The notes below the pieces were generated by a model that made no database searches, was not told the origin of the DNA, and worked only from the letters and a program-made list of their open reading frames with translations. DNA of 64,000 nt from Terriglobia bacterium (GTDB lineage: Bacteria; Acidobacteriota; Terriglobia; 20CM-2-55-15): assembly GCA_965198225.1 (NCBI GenBank), contig CBDAOY010000007.1:96001-160000 (forward strand). Direction: 5' to 3'. Both the position numbers and the translations under genes were made by a program. Position 1 is the first letter of the stretch. Every line of letters starts with the position of its first letter. Below are positions 44,146 through 54,784 of this stretch, piece after piece.

Positions 44146-46976
44146 GGGGCGCCTCCCACGTCTGTCCCTACCGATTCGGCGTTCGCAATGGGGTCGAGTG
44201 GGATCGAGATGTGTTCGTGGATCGGCTGACGTTCATTGTTGTCCGCGGGATGTGCGAGGCGGTAGGGCCCAGTGATCGCCTGGGCCGACTCGTCGGCCTT
44301 GAAGCGAAGGTAACGCTGTTGGTGCTCCACTGCTCTCTCTTCGTCGCCCAGCCCGTTGTAGGAGAGCATCAGGTTGTAGTGCGCCCGCAGATCTTCAGGA
44401 TCGATGCGCAGGACGGCTTTCAGCTCGTCGACCGCGTCCTGGTACCGGCGTTGGAGGAACAGAATGCGACCCGTCTCGTTGCGGGCGACCCGATCGCGTG
44501 GATACTGCCGTGTGACGATCGCGAGATGGGACAAGGCCTCGTCGAACGACCCCTCCGAGCTCAAAACCTGAGCGTAGAAGAAGTGCGCCCGTGCAAGTTC
44601 GGGGCCCAGCACCAGCGCGCGTTCCAGAACTTCGCGGGCTCCTTCGAGGCTCCCCTCCCGCAGTCGCGCCCGCCCGATGTTGATCCACCCATCGGGGTTG
44701 GCAGGCGCGATCTCCGTGGCTTTGAGGAAGGCGACTTCGGCGCCCTTCAGGTCTCCCTGCAACAGCAGGCCGATCCCGTAATCGTTCCAACGTTCCCAAT
44801 CAGAGTCTTCGAGTACGACTCGAGCTGCGGGCGGGTCCGAATCGGCGTCCGTCACCCGCAGGGTGAGCGAGGCCTCCGCCATCGTGACGCTCGGAAGTTC
44901 AGGTATGCGTTTGAGGCTGCCCGATACCCCGGACACGTCTCCCGTGAACAGCCAGGAACGGTCGTCGTAGTGGGGCGTGACTTCCGAATCGTCGTCTGTC
45001 GGATCCCGCGCACCCGCATAGGAGAAACCAGTGTTCCACCAGCTGAACTTCCGGTAATGCAGCCGTGCCTCCAACGTGATTTCGTCGCCGGCCGTCTCCG
45101 GTATGTGGACCCGGTAGTGAACCGTGTCGGCAGCTCCGGGCGGGATGAGGCGGGCATACACCAGCGCTCGGGCGGCCCACGCATTCCGTTTGTTGATGGG
45201 ATTCCCGTGCGCGTCGAGGGAAAGGGAACGGTAGAAGTGAGCGCCTTCTTCGACCGGTCCCTTGCCGTCGTCTTCAACCCTGCCGCTCCAGAACAGCACC
45301 TGACCGTTGTTGTCTGTCGCGATCAATTCCAGCCACACGTCGAAGGCATCGACGGTTCCTGCCGGGAAAAAATGGCCGACTTTCCGGGTACGCACGACCA
45401 CGTCCACGCGAAGAGTGTCTCCGCGGCGCAGAAGCGGACTGACGCGATCCAGCGGCGCCGTCACCGGCACGGCGTCCGGGACGATTCCGAGAATCATGGC
45501 CGCAGGCGACTCCTCCCCAACGGCGAAGGTCGTCGCTGCTTCGATGGCCCCCGGCGACCCGGTCTGAATCTCGGTGCGGGCCGGGGAAATAGCAAAAATA
45601 TCCAGGCTGACGACGTCGTCCTGAAGGAAACGGATGGTCTCTTCGAGCTGTTCGCGGTCCTGGTTAGCGGTGGGCAGGGCCGTATTTGCGGCCGGGAAGC
45701 GGTGCGAGTGAACCCGGCCTTCCCGATTCCCTGAATCATCCGAGGCGACGAGAGGCATATGACAGTCGACGCAGTCCATCGGTTCGGGCGGGTAGTAGAA
45801 GGAGCGCGCACCCTCGCCGGAGACCCCGCTCGCCTGCCAGTTGTCGAAATCGTTGAACCCACGAATCCAGCGGTACTGGTTGACGGGCGCGTCGAGGTGG
45901 ACTTTATGACAGCTCGAGCAGAACTCCCCCGTCTGAGCGCGCACGAAGGGTTTCATGAACGTGCGGCGATGCGGTTCCGGGTTGACCCGGACGACGAAGT
46001 CGTGCGCGGCTCGAACCAAACTGTTATCACTCGTCGCCAGGTCGTAGAGATCCGGATAATCCAGGGTATAGCCGCCCTGACCCATCGTCCCCTCCACTTC
46101 CGTCACCGAGTGACACATCACGCATCCCAGCCCGGCGTGAGCTTCGGGTTGATCGACGATCTCACCGACGGGGGTGTCCATCATTCCTGAGAACAGAAGG
46201 GCGGGATCGTGACACCCCCCGCACCACTTCGAAGGTGTGACGCCGACGACTTCCTGCATGTATTCGATGCTCTTCCGGTACCACTGGTTGTTGAAGGATG
46301 AAAACCGATGTGCCGAGCTCGACCATTGGTCGTAGATGTCGGCGTGGCAGCGTGCGCACTGATTCGATCCCATGAAGAACCGGGCGGGAATCCGGCCCCC
46401 GTCACTCGTCCGCGCGGCACTGGGGAAGAACAGGCCCGAGGGCCCGTCTCCCTCCCCCTCCATCTCGGCGGGCGGCATGGGTGGGTTTTCGATCCGGTGC
46501 TCGTTCTGCCAGCCCAACTCACGCGTCGCCCAAAGCGAAAGACACAGTGCCGCCGTCGCGGCGAACACTAGACCGAGCCGAAAAGCGGTTCGGCCCGATG
46601 AGGCGGCGAGCCAGCCTGCGCGCCCGAGCCCCGTCGCGATCAGGAAGGCAACGGCCAGTACAGACGTGCCCATATGGGCGCTCAGCCAAGGTGAAAACGA
46701 TCCCGCGGTACCTGTAAAGATCAACGCCACGCCGAGCACCGAGCCTAGAGTCGCAGTGATCGAGGCGGGTATCGACGCGAACGGGCGCACCCTGCCGCGG
46801 ACGAAACCGACGAGCAGAAGGGCTGCGAAAGCAACTCCCGCCCCGAGGTGGAGGAGCAGGAGAGCGACGTTCGTCAACGTCGGAGAGGGTGCGGCGTAGA
46901 GAAGAGCTCCAGTGAGCGACAGCACCGCTATAAGCGCTGGGGCTATCTTCTGCTTTCGACCGGTTTGCTCACGCAT
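44142..46976 (-). CDS. Membrane-anchored pentaheme cytochrome c with C-terminal TPRs
   Basis: Several N-terminal hydrophobic helices; CARCH, CGGCH, CVMCH, CSSCH, CVDCH; TPRs at the end. Confidence 0.85.
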   Translation of the reverse strand: MREQTGRKQKIAPALIAVLSLTGALLYAAPSPTLTNVALLLLHLGAGVAFAALLLVGFVRGRVRPFASIPASITATLGSVLGVALIFTGTAGSFSPWLSAHMGTSVLAVAFLIATGLGRAGWLAASSGRTAFRLGLVFAATAALCLSLWATRELGWQNEHRIENPPMPPAEMEGEGDGPSGLFFPSAARTSDGGRIPARFFMGSNQCARCHADIYDQWSSSAHRFSSFNNQWYRKSIEYMQEVVGVTPSKWCGGCHDPALLFSGMMDTPVGEIVDQPEAHAGLGCVMCHSVTEVEGTMGQGGYTLDYPDLYDLATSDNSLVRAAHDFVVRVNPEPHRRTFMKPFVRAQTGEFCSSCHKVHLDAPVNQYRWIRGFNDFDNWQASGVSGEGARSFYYPPEPMDCVDCHMPLVASDDSGNREGRVHSHRFPAANTALPTANQDREQLEETIRFLQDDVVSLDIFAISPARTEIQTGSPGAIEAATTFAVGEESPAAMILGIVPDAVPVTAPLDRVSPLLRRGDTLRVDVVVRTRKVGHFFPAGTVDAFDVWLELIATDNNGQVLFWSGRVEDDGKGPVEEGAHFYRSLSLDAHGNPINKRNAWAARALVYARLIPPGAADTVHYRVHIPETAGDEITLEARLHYRKFSWWNTGFSYAGARDPTDDDSEVTPHYDDRSWLFTGDVSGVSGSLKRIPELPSVTMAEASLTLRVTDADSDPPAARVVLEDSDWERWNDYGIGLLLQGDLKGAEVAFLKATEIAPANPDGWINIGRARLREGSLEGAREVLERALVLGPELARAHFFYAQVLSSEGSFDEALSHLAIVTRQYPRDRVARNETGRILFLQRRYQDAVDELKAVLRIDPEDLRAHYNLMLSYNGLGDEERAVEHQQRYLRFKADESAQAITGPYRLAHPADNNERQPIHEHISIPLDPIANAESVGTDVGGAP

Positions 46977-47348
46977 CTGTCGTTGCGAACCGGGGTGGCC
47001 CGCGGGTTGGTCACACCGGGGAAGACTGTCGGATGAAACTCACAGGTCCGGCGAACCTCGCCCGCCGAGTATGCGTGCCGTAGCAATGGACATCCGAGAC
47101 CGATGCTACCCCTGTGATTCGTTTTCGAGGCCTGCGTTTCTCGCCGATCAAAAATATCATGCGGGGCGCGAGGGAGGAACCCTTCCCTCGGTTCTCGGCC
47201 GCACTCCGACTTCAGTTGCGGAGCCAGGTGCCGGACCGCGTCGATCAACTTTTTCGGGACTTCCAATCGTTGCTAAAGCACCCGCTGTTGCCTTAGACTG
47301 TCGCCGCTTGAATCACCCACTCAAACCGACGACTCGGGAGAAAACGCC

Positions 47349-48458
47349 ATGAAAAGTATCGAAATCGACCGAAGCAAACAGCTCAGAGATCAGCCTGAAA
47401 CAGGACACAACCGGTGGCATCCGGACATATCGCCTCTCCTGGAGGTCGATGAAGGCGAGGAGGTCGTCCTGGAGACGCGTGACGCGTTGGACGGCCAGTT
47501 TCAGAACTCGACTACCCCGGAAGACTTCGCCAATATTGAAGTCGGTCTGATCCATCCGCTGACGGGTCCGGTCTTCGTGAAAGGCGCCGCGCCCGGTGAC
47601 CTGCTGGAGGTCGACTTCGTCGAGATCCGTCCGGTCGAGTTCGCGTGGACGGCCATCATCCCCGGCTTCGGATTCCTGCGCGATCGTGAGGACATAGCGC
47701 CGTTTTTCGTGCCGTGGACACTCGCCGACAATTTTGCGACTTCCCCCGCGCTTCCGGGCGTCCGGATTCCCGGGGCCCCGTTCATGGGCATGTCCGGTAT
47801 TGCGCCGTCGCATGCCCAGGTGGCCGAGTGGAAGGCGCGGGAGGACCGGGTGATTGCAGGCGGCGGCGTCGCTCTCCCGCCGGATCCCGGGGGTTCCGTG
47901 CCGCCGACCGGGATACCGGCCACTGAAGGGCTGCGGACTCTACCTCCTCGTGAGGTCGGGGGGAACTTCGACGTCAAGCAGCTCACGGGCGGGTCGAAAC
48001 TCTTGTTGCCCGTCGCGGTCGATGGTGCGCTGTTCTCGACAGGGGACGGTCACTTTGCCCAGGGTGACGGCGAAGTCTGTGTGAGCGCTGTCGAAATGGG
48101 CGCGACGGCGACCGTCCGTTTTCGCGTGCTGAAGGGCGAAGCGGAACGGCATAACATCAACCGGCCGCGGTTCACGAGGGAGGACTACTGGACGGACCCG
48201 CAGATGGCAGCGCCGCGCAAATTCACCGCGACGATGGGGATGCCCATTCGCGACGACGGCGAGAATGAGGGAGAAAACCTCACCCTGGCCTGCCGCGACG
48301 CCGTCCTCGGCATGATCAACTTGCTCGGGGAGCGCGGGTGGACGCGCGAACAGGCTTATGTCATCTGCAGCGTTGCCGTGGATCTGAGAATCAGCAATGT
48401 CGTGGACGTGCCCAACTACGTGGTTTCGGCTCTCCTGCCCGAGGACATATTCGTATAG
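47349..48458 (+). CDS. Acetamidase/formamidase family protein (FmdA/AmdA-like)
   Basis: HNRWHPDI, HPLTGPVFVKGAAPGD, GGNFD, GDGHFAQGDGEVC..AVEM, NVVDVPN. Confidence 0.9.
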   Translation: MKSIEIDRSKQLRDQPETGHNRWHPDISPLLEVDEGEEVVLETRDALDGQFQNSTTPEDFANIEVGLIHPLTGPVFVKGAAPGDLLEVDFVEIRPVEFAWTAIIPGFGFLRDREDIAPFFVPWTLADNFATSPALPGVRIPGAPFMGMSGIAPSHAQVAEWKAREDRVIAGGGVALPPDPGGSVPPTGIPATEGLRTLPPREVGGNFDVKQLTGGSKLLLPVAVDGALFSTGDGHFAQGDGEVCVSAVEMGATATVRFRVLKGEAERHNINRPRFTREDYWTDPQMAAPRKFTATMGMPIRDDGENEGENLTLACRDAVLGMINLLGERGWTREQAYVICSVAVDLRISNVVDVPNYVVSALLPEDIFV

Positions 48459-48471
48459 CTTGTCTCTGCAG

Positions 48472-48507
48472 AAGAGGGCGGCAGCAGGGGCTGCCGCCCT
48501 CTTTTTT
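48472..48507 (+). terminator. Intrinsic terminator after formamidase
   Basis: AAGAGGGCGGCAGC...GCTGCCGCCCTCTT followed by T-run. Confidence 0.85.
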
Positions 48508-48889
48508 CGCCTTCAGGTTGCCGAGTGGCCAGTTCCCGATTTCCGCGAAACGTGGCGCTTACCGCAGCCGCATATATATAAATAGACATAGATCAATATA
48601 CATATGTATAGCTGCTTACATTTGTGTCTTTAGGTAAATTCGGCCATCCTACCTCGTTTGATAGAATAGCCCCCGGCTGCATATCTCATTCACTCGATAG
48701 AGGAAACTCTGAAGCGACTCCGGTGTCGCGGAACCGCAAGCGAGGGTTGTGTGAAGGTGAGTCTTTCAACCAGGCTCTGGCGGCAAAGCGCAAGCTTCAT
48801 CGGCAGCCACAAATAGGCCAGTCGTCCCAAGGCCGCCGTGGCGACGGACGCTTTTGACAACAAAAGGTTTGTAGCCTCGACAAAAAGAG

Positions 48890-48919
48890 TTGACGCTGGG
48901 TCGGACGTGCTCACATACT
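48890..48919 (+). promoter_or_regulatory. Candidate sigma70 promoter of the DUF1592 operon
   Basis: TTGACG-18nt-CATACT about 170 nt upstream of ATG 49090. Confidence 0.35.
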
Positions 48920-49089
48920 GGCCCAAGTTTGTTCTTGATCTGCAGTCATTAAGGTAGATTTAAGTTTCTTGATGAGGGATCACCGATCTAGACCGGGCGG
49001 ACAAGGGTCTGCTTGATCACGCGATGGGCGAGAGCACCCGTTCGTGTTCTCGAGGGCTTGAGAAGCGACCCGTAGAGAGGGAGGACTTG

Positions 49090-51474
49090 ATGAAGCGCAT
49101 GCTGACAGGTGGCCTGGTTTTGTCGGTTTCGATGGCGTTCGGTTCGGTAGCGTTCGGTCAGGCAGGTTCAGAACTGCCGTCCGTCGAATCGCAGAAGGCG
49201 CTGGTCGAGCAGTACTGCTCCGGATGCCACAACGACATCGAGCTGGCCGGCAACATGAGCCTGACTCAACTGGACCTGGAACACGTCGACCAGAACCCCG
49301 TGTTGGCGGAAAAGATTATACGAAAGTTGCGCGCCGGCCTGATGCCTCCCGCCGGCGTCGCGCGGCCGGATGCAGCGAACCTGAACGCGCTTGCGGCGGC
49401 GGTGGAAGCCGGGGTGGACCGAGCGGCGACCCTGGAGCCATATGTCGACGTTCCGGAACTGCACCGCGTCAACCGGACCGAATACAAGAACGCCGTCCGG
49501 GACCTTCTCGATCTCGAGGTGGACGTGACCGCACTCCTCCCGCGGGATGCGATAACCGGGGGGTTCGACAACATGGCCGACGCACTGACCGTGACCCCGG
49601 CGCTCATGCAGGGTTACGTGCGTGCCGCAGAAACGATCGCGCGCCTTGCCGTCGGCGACGCGGAAGCGCCGACCTCGATGGTGTCCTATGCGATCCCGAG
49701 GGTGGAGAACCAGCTGGAGCACATCGAGGGTACGCCCTTCGGGACGCGAGGGGGATCGGTAGTCCTCCACAACTTCCCGGCGGATGGAGAGTACTCCTTC
49801 AAGATCGACCTCTACCACTGGTACACGGGCTCGTTGATCGGCTACAGGCTGCCCGACAGCCTGGAAGACCAGCAGATCGACGTTTCCATCGACGGAACGC
49901 GTGTCGCGCTCATCGACATCGACCCCGGGCTTCAGGACTATGACGGCGGTCTGCACACCGAACCGGTCTTCGTCAAGGCCGGTCCGCGAAGGGTGGCGGT
50001 CGCTTTCATTTCGAAGTTCGAAGGACCTGTCGAGGATCGCTACTGGCTCGTCGATCAGACGCTGGTGGATGTCAGCATCGCCAACCATCCGGGAATGTCG
50101 TCCCTGCCGCACCTGAAGACGTTCAACATCACCGGTCCGATGAACGCGAGCGGCGTGTCGGAGACGCCGAGCCGTCGGACGATCTTCACGTGCCGCCCCG
50201 AAAACGCCGGCATGGAAGAGCCCTGTGCCGAGCAGATCATTTCGCGACTGGCGCGGAAAGCCTTCCGCCGGCCTGTGGTTTCCGAGGACATGGAAAGCCT
50301 GATGGATTTCTACCGGGAGGGTCACCAGGAGGGCGGCTTTGAAATCGGCGTCCGGATGGCACTGCAGGCGCTCCTGGCCAAGCCCGAATTCGTATTCCGC
50401 TTCGAGCGGCTGCCCTCCGGCGTCGCCCCGGGCGAGACCTATCGCGTCAGCGATCTCGAGCTGGCTTCGCGGCTGTCGTTCTTCCTCTGGAGCAGCGCGC
50501 CCGATGACGAGTTGATTTCCCTCGCCAGCGAGGGCCGACTCCGTGACTCTGCCGTCCTGGAACAACAGGTCCGGCGGATGCTTGCCGATTCCCGGTCCAG
50601 AACGCTCACCGAAAACTTCGCTGGACAGTGGCTGCGCCTCAAGGCAGTCGAAGAAGTCAATCCCGAAGGGCTCACGTTCCCGAATTTCACGCGGACGCTG
50701 GCCCGGGCAATGCGAAGGGAGATCGAACTCTTCTTCGACAGCATCGTTCGAGAGGATCGCGGCGTGCTCGATCTGCTCACAGAGGACTACACGTTCGTAA
50801 ATCAGGTACTGGCGGAGCATTACGGAATCCCGAACGTCGCAGGAACGCAGTTCCAGCGCGTGCAGGTTTCCGACCCCAATCGAGCAGGATTGATCGGCAA
50901 GGCGGGCTGGCTGACGATGACGTCGCTGCCGAGCCGGACCTCACCGGTGGCCCGGGGCAAGTACGTGTTGGAGGTCTTGGTCGGCACGCCGCCGCCCAAC
51001 CCGCCGGCCGTCGTTCCCCCTCTGAAGGAAGCCGCCCGCAACGAGAAGGTGCTGTCGGTTCGCGAGCGTATGGTGCAGCATCGGGCAAACCCGGCGTGTT
51101 CGGCGTGCCATCAGATCATGGATCCGATCGGTCTGGCTCTGGAGAACTTCGACCCGATCGGCCGATGGCGCGGTGTTGATGGCGGCTTCACGATCGACGC
51201 CAGCGCTACGATGTACGACGGCACCGCGCTCGATGGTCCGGCCGGGGTCCGTGAGGCGGTCTTGAACCGTCCCGAAGCGTTCATCGGGAATTTTGCGGAG
51301 CAACTTCTCGCGTACGGACTGGGCCGCGTCCTCGATCACCAGGATATGCCTACCGTCCGTTCGATCACGGGGGCGGCCGCTCAGAACGGCAATCGATTCT
51401 CCTCGTTCGTGATGGGTATCGTGGAGAGTCCGACATTTCAGATGTCGAAGAGACCCAGCACCGAGGAACAGTAA
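49090..51474 (+). CDS. DUF1592/DUF1587/DUF1588/DUF1595/DUF1585 diheme cytochrome c-like protein
   Basis: GGAGG RBS; signal peptide; YCSGCH; HRVNRTEYKNAVRDLL; ELASRLSFFLWSSAPD; RTSPVARG; NPACSACH. Confidence 0.88.
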   Translation: MKRMLTGGLVLSVSMAFGSVAFGQAGSELPSVESQKALVEQYCSGCHNDIELAGNMSLTQLDLEHVDQNPVLAEKIIRKLRAGLMPPAGVARPDAANLNALAAAVEAGVDRAATLEPYVDVPELHRVNRTEYKNAVRDLLDLEVDVTALLPRDAITGGFDNMADALTVTPALMQGYVRAAETIARLAVGDAEAPTSMVSYAIPRVENQLEHIEGTPFGTRGGSVVLHNFPADGEYSFKIDLYHWYTGSLIGYRLPDSLEDQQIDVSIDGTRVALIDIDPGLQDYDGGLHTEPVFVKAGPRRVAVAFISKFEGPVEDRYWLVDQTLVDVSIANHPGMSSLPHLKTFNITGPMNASGVSETPSRRTIFTCRPENAGMEEPCAEQIISRLARKAFRRPVVSEDMESLMDFYREGHQEGGFEIGVRMALQALLAKPEFVFRFERLPSGVAPGETYRVSDLELASRLSFFLWSSAPDDELISLASEGRLRDSAVLEQQVRRMLADSRSRTLTENFAGQWLRLKAVEEVNPEGLTFPNFTRTLARAMRREIELFFDSIVREDRGVLDLLTEDYTFVNQVLAEHYGIPNVAGTQFQRVQVSDPNRAGLIGKAGWLTMTSLPSRTSPVARGKYVLEVLVGTPPPNPPAVVPPLKEAARNEKVLSVRERMVQHRANPACSACHQIMDPIGLALENFDPIGRWRGVDGGFTIDASATMYDGTALDGPAGVREAVLNRPEAFIGNFAEQLLAYGLGRVLDHQDMPTVRSITGAAAQNGNRFSSFVMGIVESPTFQMSKRPSTEEQ

Positions 51475-51556
51475 GGTCACAACCGGGGCCGACGTGATTG
51501 CGCCGGCCACGAACTATTAGCTCACTACTGATTCGGATCACCCAAGGAGGAACAGT

Positions 51557-52927
51557 ATGTTCATCACCAAGAAGCATATCTCCCGGCGCACGATGCTTCG
51601 CGGCATGGGAGCGGCGGTATCGCTTCCATTCCTGGAATCGATGGTGCCGGCCGCGACGCCTCTCAAGCAGACGGCGGCTTCTCCACGCAGCCGTTTTGCT
51701 GCTATCGAGATCGTGCACGGTTCGGCGGGCAGTACGGTCTACGGTACCGACAACAGCCTTTGGACTCCGGCCACGGAGGGCCGCGATTTCGAATTCGGCA
51801 CGATCCTGAAACCGCTGCAATCGCTCCGGGACTACGTCACGGTGGCTACTTTGATGGACTGTCACCAGGCCGATCCGTTCACGCCGGAAGAAGTCGGCGC
51901 GGATCACTTTCGCTCGGCGGCTGTTTTCCTCACGGCGTCCCACCCCCGCCAGACCGAGGGTTCCGACGTCTACTGCGGGACTTCGATCGATCAGATGTAC
52001 GCGCACAAGTTCGGCCAGGACACACCGCTGCCGTCGATCCAGCTCTGCACGGAGAACTTCGACACCGCCGGCACCTGCGCGTTCAACTACAGCTGCGTTT
52101 ACATGGACACGATCAGCTGGTCGTCGCCCTCGACACCGCTGCAGATGACATACAACCCGCGTGTCGCATTCGAGAACGTGTTCGGTACCGGGGGGTCGCC
52201 CGAAGATCGTGCCGCCAGGCGGAAGGCGAACCGCAGCATCCTCGACGGGATCACGCACGACGTCGCGCGGCTCATGACGGATCTGAACCAGGCGGATCAG
52301 GGTCGTCTGAACACTTACCTGGACAACGTTCGGGAGATCGAACGCCGAATCGAGAGGATCGAAGCCTACAACCGCTCCGGCGCCGAAAGGGCGGTGCCGT
52401 CGGCCCCGGTCGGGGTTCCCGATTACTGGGAAGATCACGTGAAGATCATGATCGACCTGACGGCGTTGGCGTTCTCCTCGGAGACCACGCGCGTCTCGGC
52501 GATCAAGCTCGGACGCGACACGAGTGATCGCGTCTTCCCCGAGAGCGGCAGCACCAAGTCGTTCCACTCGGCTTCACATCATGGCGAGACGCCCTCAGGA
52601 ATCGAAGAGTTCGCCAAGATCAACCGGTATCACGTCAGCATGATCGCCTACTTCGCGAACAAGCTGAAGAGTATGCCAGACGGCGACGGCAACCTCCTGG
52701 ATAACTCGCTGATTCTCTACGGCAGTGGCATGGGCAATTCCAACGTGCACGGCCACCGGCGCGTGCCGTTCCTGCTGACCGGACATGCAGCCGGTACTGT
52801 GAAGGGCAACCTGCATGTGCGGGCCGCCGAGGAGACGCCTCAAGGCAACGGCCTGCTGAGTGTCATGCACAAGCTTGGCGTCGAGGTCGATAGCGTCGGC
52901 GACAGTACAGGAACGATCGCGATCTAG
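51557..52927 (+). CDS. DUF1552 family protein with Tat-like N-terminus
   Basis: MFITKKHISRRTMLRGMGAAVSLPFLESM; SIDQ; ISWSSP; FHSASHH; GNLLDNSLILYGSGM. Confidence 0.88.
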   Translation: MFITKKHISRRTMLRGMGAAVSLPFLESMVPAATPLKQTAASPRSRFAAIEIVHGSAGSTVYGTDNSLWTPATEGRDFEFGTILKPLQSLRDYVTVATLMDCHQADPFTPEEVGADHFRSAAVFLTASHPRQTEGSDVYCGTSIDQMYAHKFGQDTPLPSIQLCTENFDTAGTCAFNYSCVYMDTISWSSPSTPLQMTYNPRVAFENVFGTGGSPEDRAARRKANRSILDGITHDVARLMTDLNQADQGRLNTYLDNVREIERRIERIEAYNRSGAERAVPSAPVGVPDYWEDHVKIMIDLTALAFSSETTRVSAIKLGRDTSDRVFPESGSTKSFHSASHHGETPSGIEEFAKINRYHVSMIAYFANKLKSMPDGDGNLLDNSLILYGSGMGNSNVHGHRRVPFLLTGHAAGTVKGNLHVRAAEETPQGNGLLSVMHKLGVEVDSVGDSTGTIAI

Positions 52928-53029
52928 ATGCTCCTAACCTCGCGGCGGCCCATGGCTGCCGCCGCAGGGCGGGGCCGATTCAAGGTGTTTGGAACCGACT
53001 CGAATCAAAACTTGAAGGAAGGGATCACA

Positions 53030-54640
53030 ATGTTCGGTAAAACTTTGACAGCGGGCCTATTCGTCGCATTGCTGATCGTCGGGACAGCACAGACGGCTGC
53101 GGCCCAGGACTTGCGCCTCCCGGACGCAGCGATGCGGGGTGACCTGGAAGCTGTTCGCTCGCTGCTGGGCGAAGGTGTCGACGTGAACGCGGTTCAGGGC
53201 GACGGCAACACGGCGCTCCACTGGGCGGCGTACCGCCGCAACGCCGAGTTGGTTCGTATCTTGACCGACGCGGGTGCAGACACCGCGGCCAAGACACGCA
53301 TCGGTGACATGACGCCTCTGTTCATGGCGGCGAAGCTCGGCGATGCGGAAATCATGGAGCTGCTGCTCAAGGCCGGGGCGGATGCGAACGTCGCGAACAC
53401 GAACGGGACAACGCCGCTCATGCTGGCAGCCGGCTCGGGAAAAACCGCGGCGGTCCACCTGTTGTTGGATCATGGCGCCGACGTGAATGCCCGGGACGTC
53501 ACGAACGGGCAGACGGCAGTGATGTTTGCCGCCGCGCTCAATCGTGGCGAGGCGATCACGATGCTGGCCGACCACGAAGCCGACCTGGGAGTGCTGACCA
53601 AGGTGTCCCATGTCCAAAAGGGACGCCGGGCCCGCGTCGATGACGAGTTGGACGAGGCTACCGTCGAGATGGGCGGCAACGCCGCGCTGCACTTCGCGGC
53701 CCGCGAGGGGGCGTTCGATGCGGTGCGGGCGCTCGTTGCGGCCGGAGCCGATGTCGATCAGGTGTCGGGCAACGATCAGACCCCTCCGATGACACAGGCG
53801 TTGATCACCGGGAATCTCGACATCGCGATGTTCCTGCTCGAATCAGGCGCTGACCCCAACATCACGAACGCCGACGGGACGGCACCGCTCTACGCCACGC
53901 TCGATGCACGTTTCGCCCAGCGCACATGGTACCCGCCCCCGACCGTCGAGCAGGAGAAGACCGACTACCTCGACCTGATGAAGGCGCTTCTGGCCAAGGG
54001 AGCGGACCCGAACGCCAGACTGAAGAAGCAGCTCTGGTACCGGCAGTTCGGCAACAGCGGAAGCCCGGACAGAGCCGGCGCCACGCCGTTCTGGCGGGCG
54101 ACGCAGGCGCACGATCTGACGGCGATGAAGATGCTGCTGGAGGCGGGCGCGGATCCGAACATCAACACGACAAAGGGATCCTCAGCGCTCATGGTTGCAT
54201 CCGGCATCCACTACTCCAACCAGGGCCTGAACTACCTGCCGGACCAGCGGTCCGCTGTGGTTAAGTTCCTCGTCGAGGAGCTTGGGGCCGACGTGAAACA
54301 CAAAGACCATATCGGCCACACACCGTTGCACGGCGCCGCGTTGATCGGGGACCACGACATCATTCGCTATCTCGTGGACAGGGGTGCCGATGTGACGGCG
54401 CGGGCCAACACTATCAGCGGCAGCGGCGACGGCGGTGGAACCGCCCAGGAGGTGGATCCGGGCACGGGTGATTCGCCGGCGGACATGGCCAATGGCTGGT
54501 CGATGAATGCGCCGCAGTATCCCGAGACGGTCCAGTTCCTGATCAGCCTGGGTTCGCCGTTTGCCAATACGTGCTGGGCTTCGAACTGCGTGAACCCGAC
54601 GATCTCGGACGACAGGGTCAACGGGAAGAAGAACCAGTAG
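53030..54640 (+). CDS. Exported ankyrin repeat protein
   Basis: Start set at ATG 53030; signal peptide; many G.TPL..AA / GADVN repeats; C-terminal CWASNC. Confidence 0.88.
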   Translation: MFGKTLTAGLFVALLIVGTAQTAAAQDLRLPDAAMRGDLEAVRSLLGEGVDVNAVQGDGNTALHWAAYRRNAELVRILTDAGADTAAKTRIGDMTPLFMAAKLGDAEIMELLLKAGADANVANTNGTTPLMLAAGSGKTAAVHLLLDHGADVNARDVTNGQTAVMFAAALNRGEAITMLADHEADLGVLTKVSHVQKGRRARVDDELDEATVEMGGNAALHFAAREGAFDAVRALVAAGADVDQVSGNDQTPPMTQALITGNLDIAMFLLESGADPNITNADGTAPLYATLDARFAQRTWYPPPTVEQEKTDYLDLMKALLAKGADPNARLKKQLWYRQFGNSGSPDRAGATPFWRATQAHDLTAMKMLLEAGADPNINTTKGSSALMVASGIHYSNQGLNYLPDQRSAVVKFLVEELGADVKHKDHIGHTPLHGAALIGDHDIIRYLVDRGADVTARANTISGSGDGGGTAQEVDPGTGDSPADMANGWSMNAPQYPETVQFLISLGSPFANTCWASNCVNPTISDDRVNGKKNQ

Positions 54641-54686
54641 GTAGAGCGTTTCCGAGGCCAGACAGGTCCTTCGAACTTCAAGCGAG

Positions 54687-54718
54687 AAAGGAGCCCGTAA
54701 AACGGGCTCCTTTTGTTT
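54687..54718 (+). terminator. Intrinsic terminator
   Basis: AAAGGAGCCCGT-AAA-ACGGGCTCCTTT followed by TGTTT. Confidence 0.8.
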
Positions 54719-54784
54719 GATCGTGCTTTCCAGGAATTGGCGGAAAGGGTGATCGATTTCATCGAACTGCTGAGGAATACGAAA

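Noticed and set aside
46977-47348. Possible riboswitch/ncRNA in the divergent intergenic region
   Set aside because: Only generic GC-rich pairing; no recognisable aptamer motif. An Rfam scan would be needed.
48930-48990. FNR/CRP-like boxes (TTGAT...) upstream of the DUF1592 operon
   Set aside because: Spacing and second half-sites do not fit TTGAT-N4-ATCAA.
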